Assembly (NCBI RefSeq): GCF_004010195.1
Contig: NC_057719.1
Span: 11,710,603 to 11,774,602, forward strand
Source: Chiloscyllium plagiosum
Taxonomy: Eukaryota
Length of the DNA stretch: 64,000 bases
Direction: 5' to 3'
Program-made: the position numbers and the translations under genes
The notes under the pieces: model-generated
Databases searched by the model: none
What the model saw: the letters and a program-made list of their open reading frames with translations, nothing else
Told to the model about the DNA's origin: nothing
In this document: positions 51,401 through 64,000 of the stretch, piece after piece
Layout: each line of letters starts with the position of its first letter
Position numbering within the stretch: the first letter of the stretch is position 1

Positions 51401-53405
51401 AGGTAGACCCAACATTTTAATCCACTAGCTTCCCAGCTAGATTTTATCCAGTGTCTGAAATTCGATCTGAAAAATGAGGCAGCATCTCTGTATTGGATAT
51501 CCTGTGACAACTACTGCAAAACATACTTGAGGATCAAGTGAGCAGGGGATTTAAGCTGAACAGTCAACTGTTCCACGGTGAAATAGCCTCCAAAAAGTCA
51601 ATGTCAAAGATGAAATAGATAACAACCTTGGGGTGAGGAGGCAAGTTGGCTTCAGATCAATGGAATGGGTTCTAAGCATGAGTCAATGTCAACGTGAGAC
51701 CTAGAATTAGAATTCTTAAGTTATGCCAACTACTTGGATTTAGTTGCTACCTTTAACATAGTACAGGTGCTAATTTAATCCTGAACTATGCTTCTCATTC
51801 TGCACCAGGTTACAACAGCTAAGTTGAAATGGCTGACATTCTCCATGCAAAGATATCTTTATCAAAATCTCTGATCTTAGAAAAATATATAATACACTGT
51901 TAGTCAGTGTGTTTCTACCCATGCCTTGATTTAATTATTAAAATAGGCTTGTGTTCGTTTCGAGCCTTTTTTCAATTTTTTGCAATCTCAAACTAAATTG
52001 TGGATCTGTTGATGTATAAAGAACAATTCTGGCCGTACTGTTCAAACAAGGCAAGAATCAGCCAACTGTATGCTGATTCTCAGTTCTATACTTTCCTTTG
52101 GCTATCTTTAACGTTGATATAAACCTGCAGGATGTCATGGCAGCACTTCTGACAATTCAGCAACCATCTTTATTGCAGACTATTACGTTGAGGTTTGCGC
52201 CTATAAATACATGTGAAGCTTGAACTTTAGTAACCAGACATGAGCTTTGGCAGCTAAAGTGAACACAACTGATGCTTGATCACTGAAAACTGTCAGAAAG
52301 CATTAAATAAAATTTTGGGATCTTTCAGTAATTGCTTGCACATTTTGGTGCTCTTCCCACCAACATACACACGCAAAGGCATATGCAGATGGCTGATCTC
52401 CCATTTTCTGAAATGGCCTACCCTGTGTTCAGATTTACCATGTAATTCCAATAAGTCAATGTTTCTATACTTTTGAACTTTATTCTTAGAATTACCTTCC
52501 ATGGTGTGACTCGCTGACAATAGAACTCATATGTTCCAATGCAAGAACATAATCATGACGCTATGCAAATACACACATTTAAAACTTGAAAGTTGCATTA
52601 CTCTGCTTTATTGGTACAGTGTGACTTTTGATTAATGAATTGCGATTTACATTTTACTCTGTCTAGACTTTTTTTATTCCAGCGACCAGCACAGAATTGA
52701 AACATGAACCTTCCTTAATCCTGTTTTATACTGCAGGTTTTCAACCAATGTATGCAAAAATAAAGTACAGGTCATTCAACATTTTCACAGGAAAGGGAGT
52801 ATTCCAGGGAATTTTGCTAGCAAAATTTTTTTAAAAATCTGCTTTCTTGCGTAGCAATCTAGAATTCCCTGCTATTCCATGAAAAGTATCATGACGTGGG
52901 TGCAGGGCATTGAGATATATGGAACAAAGACTGCTCAGGTGTACAGCTGGCCTACTTAGCTGAGTCGGTTTGAGGGGCTGAGTGGTCTACTTGTGCCTCT
53001 CTTATTTGAGTTTCTATAGCACAAGCTACAGCAATTTCCACTGTCGATTGCTACCACGGAGTAATAAGAGATCGTTTCATCTATCACTACCTCCTCACGA
53101 GGATCAATTTGAATCTGTCTTGCAAGCAATATGTTAACTTTTTTTTTTTAAATCTGGTGCTGTTAAACCTAGATAGCAAATTGAGTTAATGCCCTGCCGT
53201 AACCTCTGATGTGCCAAGGTGTTTCCAAGCCAATTGATTAATTTGAAATTGCAGATATGGTTTCATGTAGGCTAATGGTGCAGTCATTGAGTACACAGCA
53301 AGGTTTTGTAATTGGCAGATAAACTACCGGGTAATTTTTTTTGTGGTGATGTTGGTTGCGGAAGGGATAGGATAACATTTATTTGAATATTGCAAAAGGA
53401 TATTT

Positions 53406-54250
53406 TAGAACATAGAACAATGCAGCACAGAACAGGTCCTTCAGCCCTCGATATTGCGCTGACCTGTAAACTATTCTAAGCTCATCCCGTACACTATCCC
53501 ATCATCCATGGGCTTATCCAAGGATTGTTTAAATCTCCCTAATGTGGCTGAGTTAACTACATTGGCAGGTAGGGCATTCTATGCAAACAACCTGCCTCTG
53601 ACATCTGTCTTAAATTTATCACACCTCAATTTGTAGTTATACCCCCCTCGTACAAGCTGACGTCATCATCCAAGGAAAAGGACTTTCACTGTCTACCCTG
53701 TATAATCCTCTGATCATCTTGTATGTCTCTATCAAATGCCCTCTTAGCCGCCTCCTTTCCAATTAGAACAGACTCAAGTGTCTCAGCCTTTCCTCAAGAC
53801 CTTCCCTCCAGACCAGTCAACGTCCTGATAAATCTCCTCTGCACCTTTTCCAATGTTTCCATGTCCTTGCTGTAATGGGGCGACCAGAACTGTACACAAC
53901 ATTCTAAGTGCGGCCGCACTAGCATTTTGTATAGTTGCAGCATGACATTGCAGCTCCGGAACTCAATCCCTCTACCAATGAAACCTAACACACCGTATGC
54001 CGCCTTAACAGCACTATCAACCTGGGTGGCAACTTGCAGGGATCTGTGTACATGGACTCCAAGATCCCTCTGCACATCCACATTACCAAGAATCTTTCCA
54101 TTGACCCAGTACTATGTCTTATTGTTATTCTTGCCAAAGTGAATCACCTCATTTATCTGCATTGAACTGCATTTGCCACCTCTCAGCCCAATTCTGCAGT
54201 TTATTCCAGTCCCCCTGCAACATTCTTCCACAATGTCCACGACTCCTCCA
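53406..54250 (-). mobile_element. CR1 LINE 3' part (second subfamily)
   Basis: ORF 53794-54081 reads QRDLGVHVHRSLQVATQVD..MLQLYKMLVRPHLECCVQFWSPHY. Its tail matches 12392-12527. Confidence 0.92.
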
Positions 54251-55794
54251 TCACCTAAGTAGATAATCAGTCCTGTCTAATGTTTTGTCCAGTTGACAGA
54301 TCCTCTAACAATGTAGCATTCCTTCAATAGTGTAGAGATTTGGTCATACGCTGCCAAGTTCATGGTGAGGCTTGAATTTGTGACCACCTGACTTGGACGA
54401 GAGTGCTCGCAATAGAGCTGAAGTGGCATAAGTACTGCTGATATTTCTATAACCCACATTTAAAGGCCTGAATTTAATTTTATTCTCTTTTTTAAACTTA
54501 TTGGAAAATTGTAGTGCTTGTTTTCTTCGTTGCTTCCCAAAAATGTAAATAATAGCTACAAATTCTGCACATACCTGTTAAGATTTTAGACAGACATCAA
54601 AGTTTCAGGTTAAATTTCCAAATACTTGACTTTCACCCTGCTAATGGCAGCAACAAAATATTCATATCATTTCCAAAGGTTGTGAAATCATAATTGCAGA
54701 ATGCAGCCCACTTTGAGCTTCATGTGCATTGCTCTCTTTTTTTTGCAAGTGGGCCACTTTGCATGTAATCCAATCTAGTATGTGTTAGTTTTTAAATACT
54801 GTCTGTCTTTCTTGGTGTCTAGATGATAGGTAGCAAATGACTTTATCGTCAGTGTGCATGTGCCCATGTCTGATGAGAAGTCAACAAGAACTGACCTCCC
54901 TCGGTCTGTTGACTGCACTCGAGGGCTGTAACTTTACCTGCAAACAATGCGTGGGAAGTTGAAAGTGATACTAGTCTAATACAAGTTCTGGCGTCAGAAC
55001 CATGAAGGTGTAAGATCTTGGGCAATACAATTGCATAGTAACATAAAGATATCAAATCACTTGGCTGAAACTCTGAAGTACAATCATGATTAAAGGTCCT
55101 AAGCTTCAAATTGCTTCAACTTGTATGCCCTGTTGTTTAACAAAGACCTCTTTACTGTATATGCGTTCATGTTCCCTCCCTGATTTTATAAAGACTGTCA
55201 TTTTTTTGGCAGAAGAATAATTTTGTTCTTTCTTTCTCCCCATCCACAATAACAGTACAGGAAATGCACAATCTCTATCAAATGAACCAAAATCTCTCAT
55301 TTTCTAATTCTTGATTCCAGCTAAAAGAATTTTCCACAGTGGATCCTATGAAGGCTTTCTCTCCCTTCCCCCTTATCTCCATATAAACTTGCAAAATTAG
55401 CTCCACTAACTTCAGCCCTCCATTATTTCCCATAAAATCTAACTGTAACATTACCACTAGCCTGTTCCAAAATACATTTTTTCCCTCCGATCTCCTTTTC
55501 CCACTCTCTCAAAATATATGCATCTGCAAGCATTCATTAAAGTCCATCTTAGTTTAAAAAATACCTTGCATTAAGAAAAAAACTGCTACTCTAAACACTT
55601 TGTGACAATCTGATATCGTGGCTTTAATGTGTTAGTTGCAGAGATTTTGGGTTGCTTTCACCAGAGGATTTTGTTCCAAGTATGATCAAGCTAGTTAATA
55701 AAGGGACTTTTGGCTCACACCTACAAAATATGCTGTCACACTGGTACTGCAGATACTTTCTGCATCTTCATGTATGTTTTAATCTCAAGCACTT

Positions 55795-56070
55795 AGTCAT
55801 AGAGATGTACAGCAGGGAAACAGACTCTTCGGTCCAACTCGTCTATGCCAACCAAATATCCTAACCCAATCTAGTCCCACCTGCCAGTACTCTGCCCATA
55901 TCCCTCCAAACTCTTCCTATTCATATACCCATTCTGATGCCTTTTAAATGTTGCAGTTGTGCAAGCCTCCACCATTTCTCTGGCAGCTCATTCCATATAC
56001 GTACCACCTTCTGCGTGAAAAAGTTGCCCTTTAGGTCTCTTTTATTACTTTTCCCCCCTCACCCTAAGCC
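55795..56070 (-). mobile_element. CR1 LINE 3' end
   Basis: Reverse complement of the 1-270 family. Confidence 0.9.
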
Positions 56071-56356
56071 GATTTATTTGATTTCTTTTTTGCTCCTGGT
56101 CATGTTTTTGTGATTATTATTATTGTAAAGATTATTACATCAGTCAACCTTGCATGTGTCCATCAGACTGCTTCCATGTAAGTCATTGAAGTATGTCTAT
56201 CGTTGCTGATGTTCTTCAACTGGATAGTGTCCTTCTGTTTCATGAGATGGCTTGCACCATGGTGTTTGACTGCATGTTGAGCATTGCCTGGTTTGGCTCA
56301 GCAGTCCCACTCTGACATGGATGAGTCTGATACATGTGGTAGAATGCAGTGAGCTG

Positions 56357-56439
56357 CATGACGAAGAAGCAGTGCTCCAAAAGCTTGTACTTCCAAATAA
56401 ACGTGTTGGACTATAACCTGGTGTTGTATGATTTTTAAC
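56357..56439 (+). mobile_element. PLE family B terminal repeat fragment
   Basis: atgacgaagaagcagtgctccaaaagcttgtacttccaaataaacgtgttggactataacctgg. Confidence 0.75.
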
Positions 56440-58744
56440 GCCATGTACCACAAACCGTAAAACCTGCAGATATAATCAGGAAATAAACTAGCTTGCTTAA
56501 CAAATAAGTTTATTTTAAATTCCCTTATTTTCTCAACTCCTTCCTAAAGTCAGCCTTCTTTATCTGTAATCAGTAGTTCTTGGTCCCGTTTTGTGTTTAA
56601 AAATGTTTGCTGTTCTACTATCCAAAATTAAACTTTAGCTCAAATTTCAAAACTGCAAGGTTAGTCATTGGGATGTCATGCGTAATTACTAGCTGTATTT
56701 ATTAAACCTGAAAACGAAAATTTCAGAAAGACTTTGCAAGCTAAATGTACTTAAATGCTGTCACATTGAGCATTCTAAAACTAGAAGTGCATCATAATTC
56801 TTTATCCAATTTCCACAAACATTGGAGTCAGGGAAATTCATTTTGGAGCAGGTGCTGTCTCCATGAACCTAGCTTAGATATCACCAATGTGTATTGTCAG
56901 TGTGAGACTCTGTTTAGTAAACAATGCCAATGACATCGATACCATGGAACCCTTTTCTCCGGATTTGATGAGCAGTCGTATTAGTGTTGGGCTAAATGCT
57001 GAGGGATCATCTTTTGCTGAAATTTCACGCATTCACACTGCTAACATAGACACTTGGTATTTGGTTTATTGTTATCAGACGGTCAGGCCTGTTCTCATTT
57101 GTGATAATATACAATTAAAATATGTACAATTGGACAGTCCTAGTATATTCTTATATTGCTAGAGCTGTTGGTTGCTGGACCTGTTGCAAATTGCAAATAT
57201 GCAAATGTTTGAGCAAATATATACTAATTGAAAATATTTGAAGCTGCTGATACTAGCCCATCTTGGCTATCTGATTTTAAAATTTACCCGCCATTGAGCG
57301 CTGAAAAATAGCCCTTTACAACTTCAGTCGTTTCAACAGAACAACCAGCAAGGGTTAAAAATGTTAATACGATTGAAATGACTACCATGTGAGGGTTACA
57401 GATTGATTCTTTGGTCCCATGTTGTTGAGTTTGCTTGAGCATGACAAATTTTTCTTAAACATAGAAAGTGTTGTCCTGCAACCTTTGCTGACAATTTTGA
57501 ATTTCCTGCTTTAATCCATGTCAGAATTGAATTGTAGAGAACTCTAGGAAGTGGGCTACTTCTGTTATGCTTTTCAGGTGCAGCTGATCAGAGGACCCAG
57601 TTTCATTCTCATACCACAACTTTCATGTGGCTGGAACTTTTCATCTTTAGCAAAAGCTACTAATGTAGGTTGGCAGAAAAGTCTGCTTTGATACTATTGG
57701 CCTCTAATTAAAATTTAGCTTTAATTACTGTCATGTGTAAACTATCCAAGCTGCTAAAATTCTCCCTCTTATATCATTTTCACTGAACTATCTTTAATCT
57801 ATATTGTTTACCCTCCCCTTCCCCCAATGGTTTTTATGTATTGTGCATGCAAGTTTTATTTGATAAAAATTTCAATGAAACCCTTTAGTAATGCGTTTGA
57901 ATGACTTTACCAATAGTTTTAATTGCATACATACTTGTCCTGTTATCATAGCTAGTGGTTTTCCCTGCCTGTACTGCTCCATTTTACATTTAGTACAAGT
58001 GCTTTCGGCAGTCTTCAATTAAAAGATAAATAATCATACAACACAGAAACAGACCCTTCGGTCCATCTAATCCGGCCCCTAGGTATCATGGTAGCCACGC
58101 ATCATCCCAAACTAATTCAATTAGTCCCACTTGACTGCTCTTGGCCTATATCCCTCCAAAACACTCCTATTCGTGTACTTATCCAAATGTCTTTTAACTT
58201 TTATAATTGTGCCCATGTCCTCCACTTCCTCAGGAAGTTCATTCCAGACAGAAAGCTGCCCTCTGTGTAATTTTAAAAAAAAATTGCCCCTCATGCCTTT
58301 TTTAAATTTCTTCCCCCTCACCTTAAAAATGTGCCCCTTAGTCCTGATATTCCCCCATCCTAGGGAAAAGACAACTACTTCATCTATTTCTCTCATTATT
58401 TTACAAACGTCTGTGAGGTCACCTGTCAACCTCCTATGCTCTAGTGGAAAGAAGTCCCAGCCTATCCAGTCCTTCATTAGAACTCAAACCTTCTGTACCT
58501 GGCAACAGCCTGGTAAATCTCTTCTAAACCCTATCCAGCTTAATATCCTTCCTATAACTGAGTGACCAGAATTGGGCACAGTATTCCAGAAGAGGCCTCA
58601 GCGATGTCTTGTACAACCTCAACATGACTTCCCAACTCCTACACTCAAAGGTCTGAGCAATGGAGGCAAGCGTGCCAAATGCCTTTTTAACCATCCTGTC
58701 TATATGTGATGTAAATTTCAAAGAGTTATGCACCTGAACCCTGA

Positions 58745-59345
58745 GGTCCCTAAACAGGAAATCACCACATCAGAGACTGTAGTCACCCTACCATACATCA
58801 AAGATATTTCAGACCACCAGCCTACTCCAGCCCCTCGGCATCATGGTAGCCCACAAACCTATTACCACATTAAAGCAACCATTGATGAATTTAAAGGGTC
58901 TTGTACCCACAGCCAGCAGAGTGAACATAGTATACAAAATTCCCTGCAAGGACTGCAATCAACATTACATTGCACAAACTGGCAGGAAACTAATCACCAG
59001 GATACATGAACACCAACTAGCTACCAAAAGATGTGACCAACTGTGACTGGTATCCATGCACATGAAGAGGGGGGGCACCAGTTTGACTAGGACAATGCAT
59101 CCATCCTGGGACAGGCCAAAGAGACACGTGAACTTCTAGGGCCAGGCATTCAAACCGGAACTCCATGAACAAACGTAGGTTTGGACCCCATTTAAAAACC
59201 CTTCAGAAACCTAACCGGAAATGATCTCTCAGCACAACAAACCAAGACATGTAGATAGCAAGTGGGGCAGAACACCAGCATTTCACTGCACACTTATGTT
59301 ACCTAGCATCGTGATGAAACATCTGAAAACAAACTCACCAGTTCT
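58745..59345 (+). mobile_element. Penelope/Poseidon-like element 3' part with GIY-YIG endonuclease (family D)
   Basis: VTLPYIKDIS and MVAHKP..NIVYKIPCKDCNQHYIAQTGRKLITRIHEH. Confidence 0.88.
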
Positions 59346-59674
59346 TGTCTCAACCCTTTAAAATTTGCCTTACTCTAATTAAGAACTTTAACTTTTATGG
59401 AAGGCGTATCCTTTTCCATAACCATTTTGAAACTAATAGGGTTATGGTCACTAGACCCAAAGTCTTCCCCCACTTTTACTTCAGTCACCTGCGCTGTCAT
59501 ATTGCCCAAAAGGAAGTCTAGTTTTTCTCCTCTAGTAGGATTATCCACATATTGATAAAATGTTCTTGACCACATTGAACAAATTCTTCACCATCTAAAC
59601 CTTTAACCCTATGGTAACCCCAGTCAATGTTTGGAAAATTAAAAGCCCCCATTATTACAACCTTACTTTCCTTA

Positions 59675-59865
59675 CATATATCTGAGATCTCCCTACATAT
59701 TTGTTATCCAACTTTCCCCCGTCTGTTGGGGGGGGGGGGGGTGCTGAAGTTTGTTCATGGAATGCCCTGCCAGTAACAGTGGTGGACTCTCCCTCTCATA
59801 TATCTGAGATCTCCCTACATATTTGTTATCCAACTTTCCCCCGTCTGTTGGGGGGGGGGGGTGCT
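59675..59865. repeat. ~70-bp direct duplication around a 51-bp filler
   Basis: 59675-59745 and 59797-59865 are identical except for G-run length (14 vs 12). Confidence 0.92.
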
Positions 59866-60534
59866 ACAGTTCATACCATCAGGGTAATCTTTTCTTTTCT
59901 TTTAATTTCTACCAAATACAAGAATGTATTTTTGCTGGATGATTTTTCAGAAATATCTTGTTATATCAGTAATGTATTATTTAATCAAAAACACCACAAC
60001 TATCCTTTCTTGTCTCCGTCCCTATCTCTTCCCATATCATCTAAAACCCAGAGCATTGAGCTGCCAGTCTTGTCCATCTCTGAAGTTTCTGTAATACCTA
60101 TGACGGCCCATTCCCATGTTCTTAAACATGCCCTGAGTTCATCAGCCTTACATGCATTTAAATAAATGCAATTTAGTTCTTCAGATTTATTATGTACTCT
60201 GACACTCATCTTTCTTTGCTAATTGACGTACTCTCTTCACATTTAGCGCTTTCCCCATCAACCTTTCTATTTACATGTCGTTCTGCTATAAGATGGTTGA
60301 CATTAACATGGTTGACAATTTGGGGACACTGTTTCTAAAGTGCCAAGTTTTAAAGCGTGTATTGGTTAGAATGCAATTGCAGCCCTTTTAGTTCAAATGG
60401 TACTACTATTACATGACTTTCATTTAACACTTGATTGCACAAGAATGGAACTACTGTGTTCTTGTAGAAGTGACCGTACACTGCTATTTAGAATTCCTCC
60501 ACTCCTCTGTCAGTATAAAGTCTCCCTTAATGGA

Positions 60535-60870
60535 ATGAGCAAATAGGCAAAGTCTTTTCCCTGGCGTCGGGGAGTCCAGAACTAGAGGGCATAGATTTAG
60601 GATGAGAGGGAAAAGATATAAAAGAGACCTAAGGGGCAACTTTTTCAAGCAGAGGGTGGTATAAATATGGAATGAGCTGCCAGAGGAAGTGGTGGAGGCT
60701 GGTACAATTGCAACATTTAAGAAGCATTTAGATGGGTATATGAATAGGAAGGGTTTGGAGGGATATGGGCTGGGTGCTGGAAGGTGGAACACAAATTGGG
60801 TTGGAATATCTGGTCGGCATGGATGGGTTGGACCGAAGGGTCTGTTTCCATGCTGTACTTCTCTATAACT
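60535..60870 (+). mobile_element. Young CR1 3' end nested in the old CR1
   Basis: Matches 1-270. Confidence 0.9.
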
Positions 60871-61076
60871 TTATATGGATCCCTTTTCTAGTTCAGGTTA
60901 AGCCCATCCTTATCTATCCCAAAAGACATTCTAAGTGTCCAGAAAACTGAATCCTTGAATACACCACCTCATCAGCCATTGATTTATCTCCTTTATCGTT
61001 TTGTTCCTTCCCTCGTTTGACTTTGGCATTAGGAGTAATCCAGAGATTACTACTTTTAGGGTTCTATTTTTTAATC

Positions 61077-61886
61077 AACTAGGAGAAAGTTTTTATTTAA
61101 TCTCTGGTGGTGGGGTCTGATGTTCTGCAGAGACTATTCCCTCCGTGACTCCCTTGTCACGTCCACGCTCCACACGCAGCACCTTTCCTTGCTGCTGCAA
61201 GAGATGTAAAACCTGCAACCACATCTGCCCCCTTACCTGCGTCCAAAGCCCAAAGGATCTTTTCACATCTGGCAGAGATTTTTCTGCACCATCTCATCTA
61301 CTGTGTCCGTTGTTCTCAATGTGGTCTCCTCTACATCAGAGAGACAAGACGCCAACTCACGGAACGTTTCAGGGAACATCTCTGGGACACTAGCACCAAA
61401 CAACCCTGCTGCCCTGTGGCCGACCACTTCAACTCCCCCTCCCACTCTGCCCAAGGATATGCAAGTCCTGGGCAGCTTCCACTGCCAAATCCAAGCCACC
61501 TGACAACTCAGAAGAATGCCTCATCTTCACCTTGGAACATTTCAACCACATGGCATCAATATTGACTTCACTAGTTTCTAAATCTTCCCTCTTCCCACCT
61601 CATCACAGATCCAATCCTCCAACTTGGCATAGCTTTCTTGAACTGTCCTCCCGGTCCATCTTCCTTCCCACCTATCTGTTCTACCCTCCCCACTGACCTA
61701 TCGCAATCACGCCCCCCCCCCACCCGACCTGCAGACACCTATCCCCAGTGACCCACCCTCCTATTTATCCCTCTGCTCCCTTTCACCCCTGCATTCCTGG
61801 GGAAGGGCTTATGCCTGAAACATTGACTCTCCTACACCTTGGTTGCTGCCTGACCCGCTGTGCTTTTCCAGTGCCATACTTCTCAA
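61077..61886 (+). mobile_element. PLE 3' part (GIY-YIG plus family A repeat) with a perfect 15-bp TSD
   Basis: IYCVRCSQCGLLYIRETRRQLTERFREHL. TSD ttctattttttaatc at 61062-61076 and 61887-61901. Confidence 0.9.
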
Positions 61887-64000
61887 TTCTATTTTTTAAT
61901 CTTCTGCCTAACTTAAATTCACTCTGTACTGCCTTAATATTTTCCCTAAAAAATGTCATTCCTGTCAATGTATACAATAATTTCCAGTTTCTCAATCTCA
62001 CCTTTAACCATATACTTGAAACATTTGGAAACATCCTTAATCGCACCAGGAAAACAAACCATTCTAAATTTACGTTCGCTACCACAGAATGTCCAAACTA
62101 TCCCCCAACAGGCGTGTCCCCTATAGCAACTATTATATTTTGTCAAATGCTACCTAACTTAATCATTCCCAGTGTCCAATAACTGACTGCCCCTTCTATT
62201 TTCCTCCGAGAAACCATCCCCCTTTCACAGTATCAAAGACTGAAAGTCTATTTTATAGAGTAGCCACCCGTGACTTTTGAACTATCTTGTTACCTTTCCT
62301 GACAGTCACTCATCTATCTGACTACTGCTGTGTAATAACTCTAAATCTACTAGCCATCTCGCTCTACCTCATATATGCCCATAATAACATTAAACCTAAA
62401 TAAAGGAACTTTCAATAACGTATGTTTAAAATAAGCTGCCTTTCATTACCTACAGAAGAGAATGTTAAGATGGAAAAAAAATTAAAATTATATATCAAAC
62501 ATAAATCTTAAAATCAACCATTTAGCTGATTAACTGAATTAAAATGACTCCTCTTCAAAAAAAATTCTTCAAAGCAAAAGAATTCTCCACAGATGACCAC
62601 GTGTAGGACTTACTGAAACAAAAACACAGCTTCTTTTGTTTTTCAAAAAAAACTGTTCAGCTTTTCAAAAACATTTTTGCCATGTGAAAAGAATTCTTTA
62701 AAATGCTTAGTTTTTTAGCTTCTAAATTTAGAATAAAGAAAACCTCAGCCATTCACTGAAGGCCTTCGGAAAGCTCATATATGTTTCTGATTATTGTAAG
62801 CTCCAAATATTCATTTAAGCAATTAGCTTTTCATAGAATCCTCTATTTTGAAGTGTGAGAAGCAGCTTTGGCAACGTGATTCATAATTCAGCATCAGGTC
62901 TCAGCAGAATAATAAAGAAAAGCTGATAAGTTGCAGCAACCAAACAGAAAAGCATGGATGATGTGCTGAAATGGGTGACTTCAAGACTATAGCTAATTCT
63001 CCTTTAAAACTGGAGCTTCATTTCAAGTGTTAATTTAAGATGCAAAATTATAAATGTTGTCACTCTAGACCATCATTGCTGCAATCCTCTCTTAGATTCA
63101 AAAGCTGCTAAACATAATGTGGATGGTATGGTTTTAATTTGAATCTTAAGATGTAGGTCTGAGTTTAAATTTTATTGTTTGTGGTGAAACAAATAGATTA
63201 CTGTATGATTAGGATGGTTGCGAATAAAAGCTCACCTGATAGAATTCGAATTCTAAGTTTGTCCTTAATCTGGTAAAACCAGATAAATTTATGGTATTAG
63301 AATTGCAATGGGGAAATCATTATTACATGGTGGGTGAAATTGAGGCTTTGGAAAACATGCGGTGAAGGGTCATATGATTAATACCCAGTTTAAAGCATCT
63401 TGGTGAGATAAGCTCAAAAGGCTGGGACTCTACAGTTTAGAGAGGCGTAGACTTAGGGGTGATTTGATTTGAGTTTTACAAGATTATGAAGGGAATAGAT
63501 TGCTTGTGTGCTCTGTTTTTCAACTTGATAAGTTTGGGAGGACCAAGGGTCACAATCAAAGCTGATCCTAGTTTCTGTCTGGGACAGAGATCACCTTACC
63601 TAAAGGTTAGGGCCACAGGATAATCATGATCCAGAGTGGCCTCCTTGTGGATTATTTCTAAGAATTGGGGAGGAATTTCTCAGACTCTTCTTTAATAGCC
63701 ACTGGTTTTAAATCGAATTATCTGCATTCAAGATAAGGTGTTTCTCTGGTGGGGTGGCAAATGTATATAATGTACTTGCATGACTCAGGCTGGATTGACT
63801 TTTGACTTTTTCCAGACTGCCTTTTTAATATGTACATGGCTGGAACCTCTGAAATAATGGTCTTTAAGTTAACTTTGGCAAAGAAAAGCTATTAATTGAT
63901 GAATTAAATGCCTTCAGTTTGCTCTCAGCCGATCTGACTGTTGAAGATTTAGGAAAGATGAGACCAAGGCTAACCTTTCCTGAAGAACGCCAAGATTTTG

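Larger units (their letters stand above)
58030..62300 (-). mobile_element. Long decayed CR1 (ORF1 SGNH esterase, endonuclease, RT C-terminus, 3' UTR) hosting nested insertions
   Basis: FCGSERKFRMVCFPGAIKDVS..IIVYIDRNDI and KVVISGLL (ORF1), CIYLNA..VIGITET and YVDNPTR..LDFLLGN..SSDHN (endonuclease), and EYCAQFWS (RT end). Confidence 0.85.

Noticed and set aside
51800..51830. cag|gttacaacagcta as the missing QQLA exon
   Set aside because: Stop codons follow immediately and the rest of the exon motif is absent.
54870..54925. CTGATGAG followed by a hairpin (agtcaaca...tgttgact) as a hammerhead or C/D snoRNA
   Set aside because: There is no GAAA box after the stem, no stem I or III, and no terminal stem or well-placed D box.

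Overview
Vertebrate genomic DNA, almost certainly from a shark or other elasmobranch. This is inferred from HE1/V-SINE-type SINEs and the CR1 and Penelope-like repeat load. The window holds seven internal coding exons of a serine palmitoyltransferase long-chain-base subunit gene on the + strand, best read as SPTLC2 (5306-25910). All seven have AG/GT boundaries and splice into one open frame that includes the PLP-binding GTFTKSFG motif. I found no upstream exons, and no further exon in 25911-64000, so that stretch appears to be one intron of more than 38 kb. The introns are mostly decayed retroelements: CR1 and L2/Jockey-like LINEs, at least three tRNA-derived SINE families, and several Penelope-like element (PLE) families. 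Most notable signals: (i) minimal type I hammerhead ribozyme motifs in the terminal repeats of up to four PLE families, with three copies keeping all core nucleotides and stems and two of those lying sense to the pre-mRNA; (ii) many short fold-back PLE insertions with 13-16 bp target-site duplications (TSDs) and templated filler at the inversion point, one of which captured about 140 bp of nearby genomic DNA in inverted orientation. Family names come from recalled motifs, not database searches. Repeat boundaries are approximate.
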